Part shown: positions 40,451 to 53,499 of the stretch, in pieces | Layout: every line of letters begins with the position of its first letter | Numbering within the stretch: position 1 is the stretch's first letter | Position numbers and translations under genes: made by a program | The notes under the pieces: model-generated | Seen by the model: only the letters and a program-made list of their open reading frames with translations | Databases searched by the model: none | What the model was told of the DNA's origin: nothing | Assembly: GCA_050084515.1 (NCBI GenBank) | Contig: CM114271.1 | Span: forward strand, 20,646,001 to 20,710,000 | From: Blasia pusilla | Taxonomy: Eukaryota | DNA: 64,000 nucleotides | Direction of reading: 5' to 3'

Positions 40451-42949
40451 TTCAAAGGAAGTAAGTTACCAGCCATGAGAGACATCCAAGAAACGTAATA
40501 TTATGGAACTCGCTCCTCCTTATCCAAATGACCTCCACGCACATCGCTATCAACGTCGGAGGAATGGTCATAGAGAAAATCCTCTATCCTGTTGTTGAGG
40601 AACTCATCAATTTCCTCCTTGGGGCCTTTTTTGTTTACCCTCCTCTTTGTGATCCAATTTTCCATCCTTGTCCATGAATCCTCCATCATCCTAGTATTGT
40701 CCCTCGTTGTCACTGGGTGGAGTGTTAGGTCAATCCTCGGTCATTATCCCAACCTCCATCTATTCCTCTAATGAGGATGAAAGGGCACCCTCTACCTTGA
40801 AAAGACCATCCAACTCGTGATGCCTACGAGATGGGAGGATCCTCTTTGTATGGGTGATAGACATATTGGACTTTATTTCGGAGTTAGAGTTTATGCACCC
40901 TAATGAGTAAGTAAATAGCAACATCCACAAAAAACATGGAAAAAAAAATTCTGATACATTTCTACATGACAAATATGTACAATTTTTTCATGGGTCTTAC
41001 ACATTCGCAACTAACAAATGTCTCCTCACCTATCTCTATAATTTTGTAGCAAGAAATGAAATGTTAAAAAATCTTCATCCCAATTTGAACCGAAGTGCTC
41101 ATGTTATCACTCCACATACTTGACCAAATAATTGATTGTACCCAAGTTTGTTACCCTATTGTACAAGATCATCATCAATATAATATCAAAGATGAGAGTT
41201 TCTCATAGTAAGAGCGTGTGGGGAAAAAAGATACTCCAAGAAAGATGGGGTCATATTCACCAACTCCCTCTATATAGTGAGGGAGTATATGACACCAATG
41301 TAAGGGAATAAGATGGGTTTATCATCCATGTCACATTCTTCATTATTGAGTTTCTTGTCTAGTGCAATTATCCCAAGACCCATCCCAAGACCTAAAGTTG
41401 AATATTTCATTGTGTATCTTCTACCCCATACGGTCCATACCTCTATAGACTCAGTATCGGGGATGGTATAAGGACATCCCTATAGGGTCGTATTGCACTA
41501 CAAGTAGTATTCTATTGAATGACATATCAACTCCATAGGATCCTATTTGTTGGTAACGTTAGGTACATACTTAAATATCCAAACTTAAGGTTGTGTCTCC
41601 TTGCTATGGGATCTAATGACTTGATGGCCAACATCAGATGCTCAAGTGCTCACCATTGGTTGGTCGACCTCAATTTTAAGGAAGGCGGTGGTGGCATTGA
41701 TGTTCTGGCCCTATGGACAAGGGCACAAATATTTTCCCCTATCATCCTCAAAGTCTTCATCTCAGATGCAACAAAGCCCTTGCCATTTTCTATTACATAT
41801 TCTCTTGTCTTTTTCTCCCCTTTTGGCATAGGTTTAGCCAAGGAGAGGGTTTTGGGTGTGGTTTGATAAGACCACCACATTGAGAGTGTGTGTTACTCAA
41901 AGTAGCACTCTTGAGCGATACATCTCCACATAAGTGGAGCATTGTGTGTCGTGGATTATAACACAATAGCATGCACTCCACATGTCAGAGTGCTAGGAGC
42001 AAGAGGTATGGTATCATGCTTGGAGGAGGCATTAGAACATCTTTCCTATGCACATGGATATAATCTACAATTTCCTAGTTCCATTGCTATGTATGATAGT
42101 GTGAGATGCGGAAGCAAAAGTAGTGGCTTCAATAGGAGGGCCTACTGTAGTCAACTAGGTAGTAAGGAACCCCATTGTGGAGTAAGGGTAGACCAAATGT
42201 GGCAATTTTGTTGAGCCAATTTGGATATTATGCAATATCAATGGTGAAGAAGTTTTTTCACTTGATGGTGTGACTTATCTTTGAGTAGAGCTTGCTTGTG
42301 TAAGTTGTGTGGGTGGAGCGGCCATCAACATATTTTCAAGCTATCGGGAACAAAATTATATCTGAGTTCAAGAATGGGACCAGAATTGTTTTAGAGTGCA
42401 TGTAAACAATCATCAACATATTCACTTGGGATCGTCGTCATTACACAATGAAAACGGTATCTGAGGCAGTATAGGGGTTCCAATGTCAGAGGAGGAGCAC
42501 AAAACATGGGTGTTGGCTACACCATTACCCACAAACATAAATTTATCCTCATAGATTTTCATCTTACTGAGGGAGTTGGCAATAGCAAGAGACTTGTGTA
42601 GAGACCAAGTGGACTGACTAGTGAAGATGGGCAAGATGCTATATACGAGACTAGTCACGAAATGCAAAGGGCATAAAGACAACCATGAGATGCCAAAAAA
42701 TAAGTCAAAATACAAAGATGGGCACTAGCGATGAGACACATGAAATGTAGGCCCAAGGTCCAAGATGCATTTGCGAAGCCAAGAGTTGCATAAGCTGCAA
42801 AAAGCCTCCGCCAAATCATGTTGATGGATAACTAGTCAAACGTCGATCTGCGGGTCATGAACTACGTTTGGGTTGAGGGCCCAAGGGGGGAAATGAGAAA
42901 GGTGGGGTTGTGGTAAAGAACCCCAAAATTACCTATAGAGGAGGGGATA

Positions 42950-42954
42950 CTCTC

Positions 42955-43046
<92 letters not shown>
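42950..43046. repeat. (CT)n microsatellite
   Basis: Near-pure CT run. Confidence 0.97.
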
Positions 43047-43050
<4 letters not shown>

Positions 43051-45899
43051 CAACTCAAGCCCTTGAACTAGGAACTAGCCATGATGTGTGTGTGGCCGTG
43101 TTTTAGGTTTGAACTAAGGGACGCACCTTTAGGAATTAACCAACGCATTCCAGTTTAGGCAAGCGACTTGGAGAGATTGGCCAAGGATTAGAGAAGAGGA
43201 TTCTTAAGGAGATGATACGCACTTGGGGAGACTCATCTTCAGTAGTGCTTGGTGGCTTTTCGGCTCCTATGGAATGCGCAACCAGTTGAGTCTTTAGGAC
43301 TCAATCTGAGTCTTCCACTTATAAATCTAAAGGTTTGGAGTACTTTGAGGTGAATCTATATGAAGTAGAGGATGGAGTTGATGGACTCTACGATGCTATC
43401 TGGGTCCCTTATGTACTTTACCAAGTATGGGGATATTCTAACTTTTGAGGTCATGGATTATGTGTGGCTGGTCAAAAAGACATAAGAGGAGGCCTTCACC
43501 AATTTGGAAGTCTTAGCCTCAATGGTAAGTTCTTGAAACTGTAGTACTCAAGTAGTCTCTTTTGTTTACTTATTTTCAATAGAGATAATAATTCCACATT
43601 GTGTGTATGGTATAGCATGATATGCTATATCTCACTTTGTGGACTTAAAGTTGAGTAGAGTATGTGTGTCGGTGTGAATTGACTTGGATACCTACACCTC
43701 CTATGATCAGATTGCAAGAGGAGACAAAGATTCAGATGATGGCTCTTACAAGGAGGGTGATGCTGAGGAGATCCTTCTCATAGAATGTCTAGCTATTGTA
43801 AGGCAAAGTAAGAGGTCCATGTTGGATAGTGCACCGAACGGACACATAAGATCTATATGTCGTAGATGTTGCCACATAGGATGGGGAAAAATTTGGCAGG
43901 GGACAGATGCAGGAAACAAGAGATTGGGATCCATGTCTTTGAGCGCTAGATCTTCTACAAGTTCAGTGTAGCCCCGCTATACGACCCACATGCACGCCAA
44001 CAATATAGGTAGGATTTCTAAAACTAATGTTGATGGCATTGCATAGAATTTTATACACAAATTAAAATCTATCACATATGTTAATAGTTCTCCTTTGTTG
44101 CATCATACAACTTTTGTGATTGTGCAATGGGTAAGTAAATCTACTCCACTTCTGCCTCGTATTTGGCTCAGATTCACAATTGGCTTATAGTGCAATTGCA
44201 ACATTGCAAAAAAAAAATTGAGTCTTCTGCACTCAAGCCAAACTAGTGTCATCCGATCAAATATGTTTGCATCGAGTGCAAATGGATATAGTGTCAAACT
44301 TGGTCCACTATCAAAAACGTCCCTAAAATGTTTTTTAGAGATGCGATTTGTGATTTTCTAGGATAGATCTCTACCTTCATGTTAGTGTCTACATTGACCT
44401 TGACATCCTCTTCTGTATTGGAGAAGAAATCACTATCCTGCTCGTCTAAGCAATCCATAAGTAACCCTACTCTACTCCCAAAGCGACCAAATCCACAAGG
44501 GCGAAAATTGATGGATGCAGCATAAACTTGGTTTTTGTCCTTAGAACCCTTCCCCTTGCCTAGGTGCTTAACCACATGCTACACCATACGTAGCCATAAA
44601 TTCTAGTCTAGATTAAAGTTGTTCAAGGCTTCAATTCTAATGGGAAAAAAAAGAATTTGAAATTTGAATACCACCCATGTACAAATGGACATGTCCAAGT
44701 CTGTAAAGACTTACTTACGTGTCATCCTAACATGTAAGATTTCATCTATCAATCTCACAACAAAATGTACCTCATATTATGCAAATTTTTCATAAAGGGC
44801 AATACAACCACTACTACATATGAGAAAAAAATTTGAGTCTCAAGAGCCATCTTATACTCGTAGTACACTTGCAACATACACATAGAATACTCATAAACTT
44901 ACAAGTACAACATTCACGTGAAACTCAAAAAATGAGTTCGTTGCAAGTCTTGCAGTCACGTTTTCCTACTATCATAGCATCATTGTAACATACTAGAAAA
45001 TAAATCTCAATGTCCTTGCAAAGTTGCAAGTATGACAACTATTGGACTCACAAAACTACAAGTCTAAAACTCCACAAAGTACTTGCAAAGTGCTTACACC
45101 CTGGTTTTGCTTTTTAGCAAATAAATTGAAATCAACCATTCCATTCAACGATTCATCCAGAGGCACAAACAACATAGTCAATTATCCTATTCCCCAAAAA
45201 TTCAACATATGTACTTAAGATTTTTTTATTCACAAAGTGATGAGTTGTAGAACTACCGACTTCTCCTATGTTGCTATAAAGGAGGTATATGATTTTGCAC
45301 CTACATTCATGGTACGTGAAAATTCATATACCTCCTCTACTCCTACATGGAGTTGGATAGACATGGAGCCCATACCATGCGATCAAATCCTAGAATATCA
45401 ACATTGTTATAGATTCGACTAGTGGTAGGTGTCACATCCCTACGACTATGATCAAGACTCTCAAATTAAGCATGCATTGCCTAGCGCATTGCACAAATCT
45501 TGCTATCCACATTGAGAGCAAGGCTCGGGGGGGACACTCTATGTATACCTCCTACATTACCTACGACGTTTTGGGGTCGGAAACCCCTAACTTATAAGTG
45601 AAATTTATTTTTTTCCTCCCCCTTACTTACTTTCAAATCGCAATTTTTTAAAAATTATGATCCCTATATTTTGTTAAGTAAATTTGTGTCCTTGATTTGT
45701 TTAGGGGCTTGAAAGTAAAGATAAGTACCCTTCGTGGGGCGGTCTTGTATTGTTGCACTTGATAATAGGCTATCAAAAGCTTTCAGCAATACCCAAGCCA
45801 TTGCCAAACATAGTATGATATGTAAGGTGGAATTATGTGCATGTTTCCATTGAATCAATATTTAGTGCAACTTCCATTTTCCCCATTACTTTGACACCT

Positions 45900-45958
45900 A
45901 TGACGGAGAGGAATTGAACCTCTGTATGGGCAGGATGCTCATATGGCCACTCCGTCAT
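45900..45958 (-). ncRNA. Putative tRNA-like structured element (not a canonical tRNA)
   Basis: Minus strand ATGACGG-AGTGGCC-ATATGAGCA-TCC-TGCCCATAC-AGAGG-TTCAATT-CCTCT-CCGTCAT: 7-bp acceptor-like stem plus 5-bp T stem with 7-nt loop, including the B-box GGTTCAATTCC. Confidence 0.35.
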
Positions 45959-46031
45959 CCCCCTAATCTATCCCCTCCCAAAACTAGCCTATCATAAACT
46001 CAGAAAATGACTTCACACTATAACATGCACA

Positions 46032-49000
46032 TCACTTGGCAAAAGACGACAAGCTGCGGATGTAATCATTGATCACTTGTAAATCACTGTTATCCAATTC
46101 ATATATCCTCGATGTAAGACTTGGTTTCATGGACAAGCTCACATTTGAAATTACCATTTCAATGTCTATATATTGGCCATCACATGCATCATATGTGAAC
46201 AAGGTGTTGCTCTTACCTGTGCGCCGATACCAATTGCACAATATCTGACAAACATTGCCTGTCTGTCCATCTTTTGGGACAGGTCGGTCCAAAAGATCAA
46301 TAGGAGATCTACATCTACCCCATTGACTATGGTATTTTTTTTTTATAAATAGAATGCGACCTAACCAAAACTCTTTTGTAGGAACTATTCTGTTCTCATC
46401 CAAGTCTTTTTGTTTTCTCTTCTTTGACTTACTTGATCTAGTAGAAGGTCCAACTTGTGTAGTAGACTCAAACAAAATAGCTACATCACTTCCAATGTCA
46501 ACATAACAAGTTGGGCAATCTAGATTACTTGGTTCTTTTACCTTACCTATAGTGTAATATGTTTTCTGTGACATCCGTGTTAGCCTATCTTTAGAAATGA
46601 AATGATTGCAGGCCCAATCACTCACCAAAGTGGACTTGTAGTATATTCTGCCTTGAAATGTCACAGTAGGCACAACTTGACAAGGAACTCCATCTGTGCA
46701 CTCCTGCAGAATTGAACTGAATACATGCCTTACCTCATGTCCCAATATTTCTGTCTCTATGGATGGATTGTTATCTGCATCCTCAGCCAAGTCCTCACCA
46801 ATCACTCTAAACTCAACAAAGGTTGGTGCATCACTTTCCCAAGCATCAAGACTATTGAAATCCCTCTGCATTGGGTTATCAATTTTTGTTTCATCAACTC
46901 TAGACTCCTTGGGTGGGCAAGGACCTACTGTTGGTCTATGTTCAACGAAATCCTCAGAGTCATCACATGCAACTGCCTCATTTATAACAGGAGAATCAGG
47001 ACACGTCTCTGCCTCCACATCTTGTGGATGCAACCACCATCGCCTCTGACTTGTAGGCAAAGAGGACCTAGGAGACCTACTCAACGTGCTCAATATTGAT
47101 TTTGCTTCTTCCAAACCCTCTTTAAGGGCATGAACTACCATCTCATTAGTCTGAATTAATGAATAGTCAAACAGATTAGGAGCATCTTCTCCTATACCTA
47201 ACGGATGGAGAGTTCCCCACACGTGATCTTGCTTTGGATGAGACCGGCCAATCTTTAATCCTTCTGGTCCAAATTCCAAGCTAGCCAGTCTATTCAACCC
47301 CACTGCACTATCCAACAAAGACCCAAAATCATAGTTCCGTTCATGGCCACTCATTCCATCTACCTTGCTGAAGAAGATCTCACAACGATCAAATCCTAGG
47401 AGGTGAAATGGAACTTGCAAGTATGGATACTTGTCACGGAAAGCACACATTAGTAATACAATAAAATGGCAAGACATGTTGATATCATGGAAAGCTTGCA
47501 CTAATATCATGTTCTTCTTTGTCACAGATCCTACACTCCCTGTCACAGAATGATCACCATGTCTCAGCCAAAGTCTCCAGAGTCGAAAGAACCACGACAC
47601 TTTAGATGCCAAAACTACACGACTCCTCAAGTCATGCTTACGTGAGAAGAAAATATCAATGTAATTACCACAAACCTCCAAGTATAGTTGGGTCCCTAGG
47701 CTTCTGTCATGGCGAACATCCATTCTCTCAAACATATCCTGCAAACAAGCTTGCACTCTCTTTGAAGCAATTCGTTGAGGCCCAGCCCAATTTTGCCTAT
47801 CAGTCCTATTCACATCATCCCACTTCAAGCCATGCTCGTGAATTTTTTAGTGGTTATAGACATTTGTCACATATGACAAAGATGCATGTTGATTTCCAAG
47901 GACACAAGTAGTTAAGCATCTATCTAATGGATTAATTGCTTTCTTCCCATTGTGAGGTGCATCTTGGTCTCCAAAGCCATACAGATCACCATTAGGAAGA
48001 ATAGAGACAGAATATTGCTATCCTTCCCACCCCACACTATACCTACGTGTAGTAGAGCTAACACCCCTAAAATCCTCCATCATTAGTTTTCTACGACGAG
48101 CATCCATGTCACTAGCATGTCCTAATAACGACCCGACATCAAGCCGACAATACTCATCCTACATTTCTTTCAGCTGCACCCACTGTTGTCTCACCCACTC
48201 TGCACTGAACTTGTTACACGTGACAGTAACACAGATGGCCAATTTAGGCATAGATTCATGAAGAGGATTTACAATGACAACTCTTGCATACATGCCTTTA
48301 CAATAACCTTGGAAAGTACTTACAATCTTGTGGTAGCCCTCATCACCCTCCCCGACCAGTACTTCCATTCCATATGAACATTGGTGTGCCTCTTTGGGCC
48401 CACAAAACCCAATCAGGGTATCATACTTGGCCTCCCATATGTCAGTCATGACTCTTTAATGTTAGGTTGTATTCACAAGGAAAAAAATTCTCAAAGGCTT
48501 ATAATTTGTTGTATTGAATCTCGCTTATAATTTTTTGTATTGAATCTCAAACACTCACCTGGGCCTCTCCTTAATCCTTGTTTCATCCTCTGCAAATATT
48601 ACAGGGACATCTCCTTCAATTCCAAGAGTTTGCTTTGATGCAGACAAATTTCTGCCAACCTCCAAGAATATCTCTTTGCGTAATCCAGCTCTGAAGGGTG
48701 GTATCTTGGCTCTATCTCGCTTCAATGTTTTTAGACTTGGACCACCTAAGTTCTTCTGAAAGCAGTGGGCCACTTGCCTACCACCAAATTGTAGCATTGC
48801 TTGGGCTATGGCTTTGGTTCTCTTACCGTACCTAAAACCCTTGGCAGTCGTGGTTAGATTTCTAGCAACATCTGTCATGAAATCCCATAACCCTTCTTTG
48901 CCACCAAATGCTCCAGTCCTATGCCCATTCACTATATTCCTAAGGAATAGTCTTAGATCCTTCCTATCTGTAGCTACTCCTAATAATTCCTCTAGCTTCC

Positions 49001-49830
49001 TTCGCCTAGTATTCAAGGCAGCTACTTTGGCAGCATACTGTGATAGAAGCCATCGTTGCTTTTGAATTTGGAAGTTAAATTTGCAACGTGCTTTCTGTGC
49101 TCTGTCTTGGTAAGACAATCCAACCGTATCCCCCCACTGGTATCTCTGGCTCCTCTTTGCACTAAAGCTTCTGCTTCCCTGTGCACCCGACCACGAAAAT
49201 CATCCAATCGCTTTACTGACTCACATTTACTACACGTTAGGTTCATAAACCCGCCACCATTGTAAGACAACCTTTCACATTGCTTGTGTCTAAAACAACC
49301 ATGAATGGTCACTATAGACTCTAGAGTAGGATTGTAAACCTGTACACAACAGGTTAACTCACAATCCCACAAGGCCCCTCCCTCTTGATCATCAAGAACA
49401 GCCTTGACATCCATCGGATCTCCTCTCCACTTTACCATTTCATCCCAAAATCCCCAACAAAGCAAACTTAGTCCTGGATCTATTGTTGGATCTGACCCAC
49501 CTTTCCCTGAAGAGCTCCCAACGTTGGACTTATCTCCTGTAAAGAACCTCAAGATTGATCCTGTGATCGGTGTTGATCCCTAGTATCTGCTTTCCTTGGT
49601 CTTCCTCTCTTCTTCCTGCACCTCAATGCAATCTCCACGAAGCCTCCTTGACCTCAGAGGCATCCAAGTGATCGCTAACCATGTGTTGTCTCAAATTATG
49701 ATCCAAATTCAGTTTCTCTGGGCACATGTCTGTATGCAACTTTCCTGGACCCTACACCGACCTTAAATAGGTATGACATATTGGCATGCTTTGAGGATCT
49801 GTGGGAGATGGTGTCACAAAGAACACCTCC
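46032..49830 (-). pseudogene. P-element-superfamily-like DDE transposase with stops, one frameshift (~49080) and a probable intron (~48440-48558)
   Basis: Motifs in P-transposase order: GPSLKTL, FAEDETRIK (~48586), GHASDMDARRRKL (~48109), DQDAPHNGKKAIN (D-x2-H), DRQNWAGPQRIAS, DRCEIFFSKV (~47380). 5' start approximate. Confidence 0.7.
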
Positions 49831-49973
49831 CTATCACCCCCAACATCCTCATTCAATTGGGAGACAATCTCTAGTCCTCTAGAGATTGTCTAGAGGACTA
49901 GAGATCATCCAATGGTTGGAACAAAATCCAATCCAATGGTTGGAACAAAATTTGAACATGAATAAAAAAACAA

Positions 49974-51925
49974 ATCCAATGATTGGAACAAAATTTGAAC
50001 ATGAAAATAAAACAAATCCTTGAAACATTTCTACTAAGAACCATCCTCTACCGTCTTGAACCCTAGTTTTCTTCCCTCCCCCTCAACCAGGGTTCCAAAA
50101 ATCATGAAACATTTTCCAAAGAGGCAATCCAAGCCTAGTAACACAAGAAAAAAATCTAAACTTGAAATGACCACCCACGCATGAAAATAGAAATCGTAAA
50201 CCCTAAAAGTGGTCTCTTATTATTTGTTTGAGTATAGAAGCCAAGAGAGCGGATCTGAACCGTTGAAGTTTGCAACGCATTAAATTCAAAGTCACGTGCC
50301 AAGTTTCAACATCATCCAATGGTTGGAACAAAATTTGAACATGAAAATAAAACAAATCCTTGAAACATTTCTACTAAGAACCATCCTCTACCGTCTTGAA
50401 CCCTAGTTTTCTTCCCTCCCCTTCAACCAGGGTTCCAAAAATCATGAAACATTTTCCAAAGAGGCAATCCAAGCCTAGTAACACAAGAAAAAAATCTAAA
50501 CTTGAAATGACCACCCACGCATGAAAATAGAAATCGTAAACCCTAAAAGTGGTCTCTTATTATTTGTTTGAGTATAGAAGCCAAGAGAGCGGATCTGAAT
50601 CATTGAAGTTTGCAACGCATTTAATTCAAAGGCACGTGCCAAGTTTCAACACCATCCAATGGTTGGAACAAAATTTGAACATGAAAATAAAACAAATCCT
50701 TGAAACATTTCTACTAAGAACCATCCTAAAGTCTTGAACCCTAGTTTTCTTCCCTCCCCTTCAACCAGGGTTCCAAAAATCATGAAACATTTTCCAAAGA
50801 GGCAATCCAAGCCTAGTAACACAAGAAAAAAATCTAAACTTGAAATGACCACCAGGCATGCATGAAAATAAAATCGTAAACCCTAAAAGTGGTCTCTTAT
50901 TATTTTTTGAGTATAGAAGCCAAGAGAGCGGATCTGAACCGTTGAAGTTTGCAACGCATTAAATTCAAAGTCACGTGCCAAGTTTCAACATCATCCAATG
51001 GTTGGAACAAAATTTGAACATGAAAATAAAACAAATCCTTGAAACATTTCTACTAAGAACCATCCTCTACCGTCTTGAACCCTAGTTTTCTTCCCTCCCC
51101 TTCAACCAGGGTTCCAAAAATCATGAAACATTTTCCAAAGAGGCAATCCAAGCCTAGTAACACAAGAAAAAAATCTAAACTCGAAATGACAACCCAGGCA
51201 TGAAAATAAAAATCGTAAACCCTAAAAGTGGTCTCTTATTATTTTTTTGAGTATAGAAGCCAAGAGAGCGGATCTGAACCGTTGAAGTTTGCAACGCATT
51301 AAATTCAAAGTCACGTGCCAAGTTTCAACATCATCCAATGGTTGGAACAAAATTTGAACATGAAAATAAAACAAATCCTTGAAACATTTCTACTAAGAAC
51401 CATCCTCTACCGTCTTGAACCCTAGTTTTCTTCCCTCCCCTTCAACCAGGGTTCCAAAAATCATGAAACATTTTCCAAAGAGGCAATCCAAGCCTAGTAA
51501 CACAAGAAAAAAATCTAAACTCGAAATGACAACCCAGGCATGAAAATAAAAATCGTAAACCCTAAAAGTGGTCTCTTATTATTTTTTTGAGTATAGAAGC
51601 CAAGAGAGCGGATCTGAACCGTTGAAGTTTGCAACGCATTAAATTCAAAGGCACGTGCCAAGTTTCAACACCATCCAATGGTTGGAATAAAACATAACTC
51701 AATGTGAAGATGAAAATGAAACAAACTCTTGAAACATTTCTACTAAGAACCATCCTCTACCGTCTTGAACCCTAGTTTTCTTCCCTCCCCCTCAACAAGG
51801 CTTCCAAAAATCATGAAACTTTTTCCAAAGAGGAAATCCAAGCCCAAGAATAGAAGGGAAAAGTCAAAACTTGAAATGACCACCTATACATGAAAATAAA
51901 AATGTAAACCCTAAATTTGGTCTCA
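49974..51925. repeat. Tandem array, 340-bp unit, ~5.7 near-identical copies
   Basis: The anchor atccaat(g)gttggaa recurs at 49974, 50314, 50654, 50993, 51333 and 51673. Confidence 0.97.
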
Positions 51926-52463
51926 TCTTTTTTTATCTGCCTCTTACTTCCTTAAACATCTTCCATGTACTGACTTATAATTAATAATGCCCTATTGTTA
52001 TTATAAGTGTTTCTCTATATTAAAAATATCCTTAAGTTCTTCCACAAAACTTTATAAGTCTTCTCTGGAATCGAATTAAAAAACCCTATACTTTGTCATA
52101 CGTGATGGGTCTCTTCTGTGGAAGTGAGACCCCCGAGGAGCAAGGAGGTGGAAAACGTTGAGGTTGATGTCAACATGGATGTTGACATCAACCTCAACAT
52201 TGTTTTCCTCCTCAATCTCAAATTTTGAGTAGATTTATAACTCCAATTTTCTTACAAGCCTCCTCTCGGACCTTCTCTACCCATCACTTGTATCATGCAT
52301 GCACTTCCTTGAATTTCGGTCTTATATATTGCAGAAGCTTGTATTCAATAAGTCAATCTTTCCCAAGTCCTTACTGATGTGCATCCAAACATACTTATAT
52401 TAGCCATGGTTTTGGTCAACCACCTTTTCCTCTTCCAAGTCTAGATCTTGGGTGATCCTTTAA

Positions 52464-52839
52464 CAAGTTTGCACGGAAACGGACAAGTTTGTTCATGGGA
52501 TGGACATGTCGCCCAAGTACCCACATCCGAGCACGCGTGCCGAGCCCATAGCGGGCACCCAGGTTGGCCGAGCCTGTACCATTTTTATGGCCCATTTGGA
52601 GCCACGTCTGCAGGGCGGGCTCAAGCCTCCGCATGGTCTGTGTGCGGGCATGAGCCTGCCCTGCAAGCTTGGCTATGGGCCTAGTGCACGCTACATACGG
52701 GCCACAAAATTGGTGGGGGCTCGACGGGCTTGGGTACAGATTTTGCGTATCGAAGCCCGCATGTACATGTCTACCCTAGGGACAGACATAAGTTTGCGGA
52801 CATGGTCACGGGCATGGAATTTTTCCATGTGCAACCCTA
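52464..52839. mobile_element. MITE (376 bp) with perfect 8-bp TSD
   Basis: TSD TCCTTTAA at 52456-52463 and 52840-52847. Ends caagtttgcac / gtgcaacccta. GC-rich interior. Confidence 0.88.
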
Positions 52840-53499
52840 TCCTTTAACCTTGAAAAATGTAGACGGGGTCAGATACTGACCTAATCCCTCACTCCCAACC
52901 ACATTGTGCAAGTCATTCAAGACTTGAAACATAATTCCTTGATAGTCTAGGGACCTAAAACAATGCTAGCGTTTGTGATGGTCCTAACTAGCTAATGGAC
53001 CTCGAACAAGTCTCCAATCTGAACTCAATGTTTGAGCCCCCAAGTCAAGGTCTTAGATTTGCATCAATAATTGGACTATTTGGACTTGGCTTGGTCTCAA
53101 AAATGTAATATCAATCTCTCTATTCCATTTCATGTCCTTGGTTCATCCCCTTAGTTCCCTGAGTGGGGTTTAGGTTCCAAGCATCCTTGGAGACCCTCCC
53201 ACATTGGAAAATCCACCCCTCTTTTTATGCAAGGAATTCCTCTTTGGATACTCCTTGTGGCCTTCAACCCAAGACTTTTACTTGTGCTTTTATCCAGATG
53301 TTTTGTGCTTTGGAGCCGTCTTCTCACAATCTTTCCCATGCCATGTTATTCATATAAAATGCATCTAGGATCTACCGATTATGACCTCAAACATGGAGAA
53401 CAACAAAGACTCAATCACTTTCCAATCTAGTTTTAGCCTAGGAGGTGCATCCTTAGGTGTGCTTGGTTGAGGAAGAAGATGGTTGGGTGCATAGCCCTT

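Larger units (their letters stand above)
45524..52137 (-). mobile_element. Full-length cut-and-paste DNA transposon (6614 bp), P-element-like
   Basis: Perfect 8-bp TSD GAGCAAGG at 45516-45523 and 52138-52145. Termini CTCGGGGG / CCCCCGAG with further imperfect inverted similarity. Contains the transposase pseudogene and a tandem array. Confidence 0.85.

Noticed and set aside
41400-42350. Possible gypsy integrase remnant (-)
   Set aside because: Too degraded to cite a reliable motif.
49974-51925. Tandem array as a CRISPR-like locus or coding repeat
   Set aside because: Whole 340-bp units repeat with no unique spacers, the context is eukaryotic, and the small ORFs are not maintained across units.
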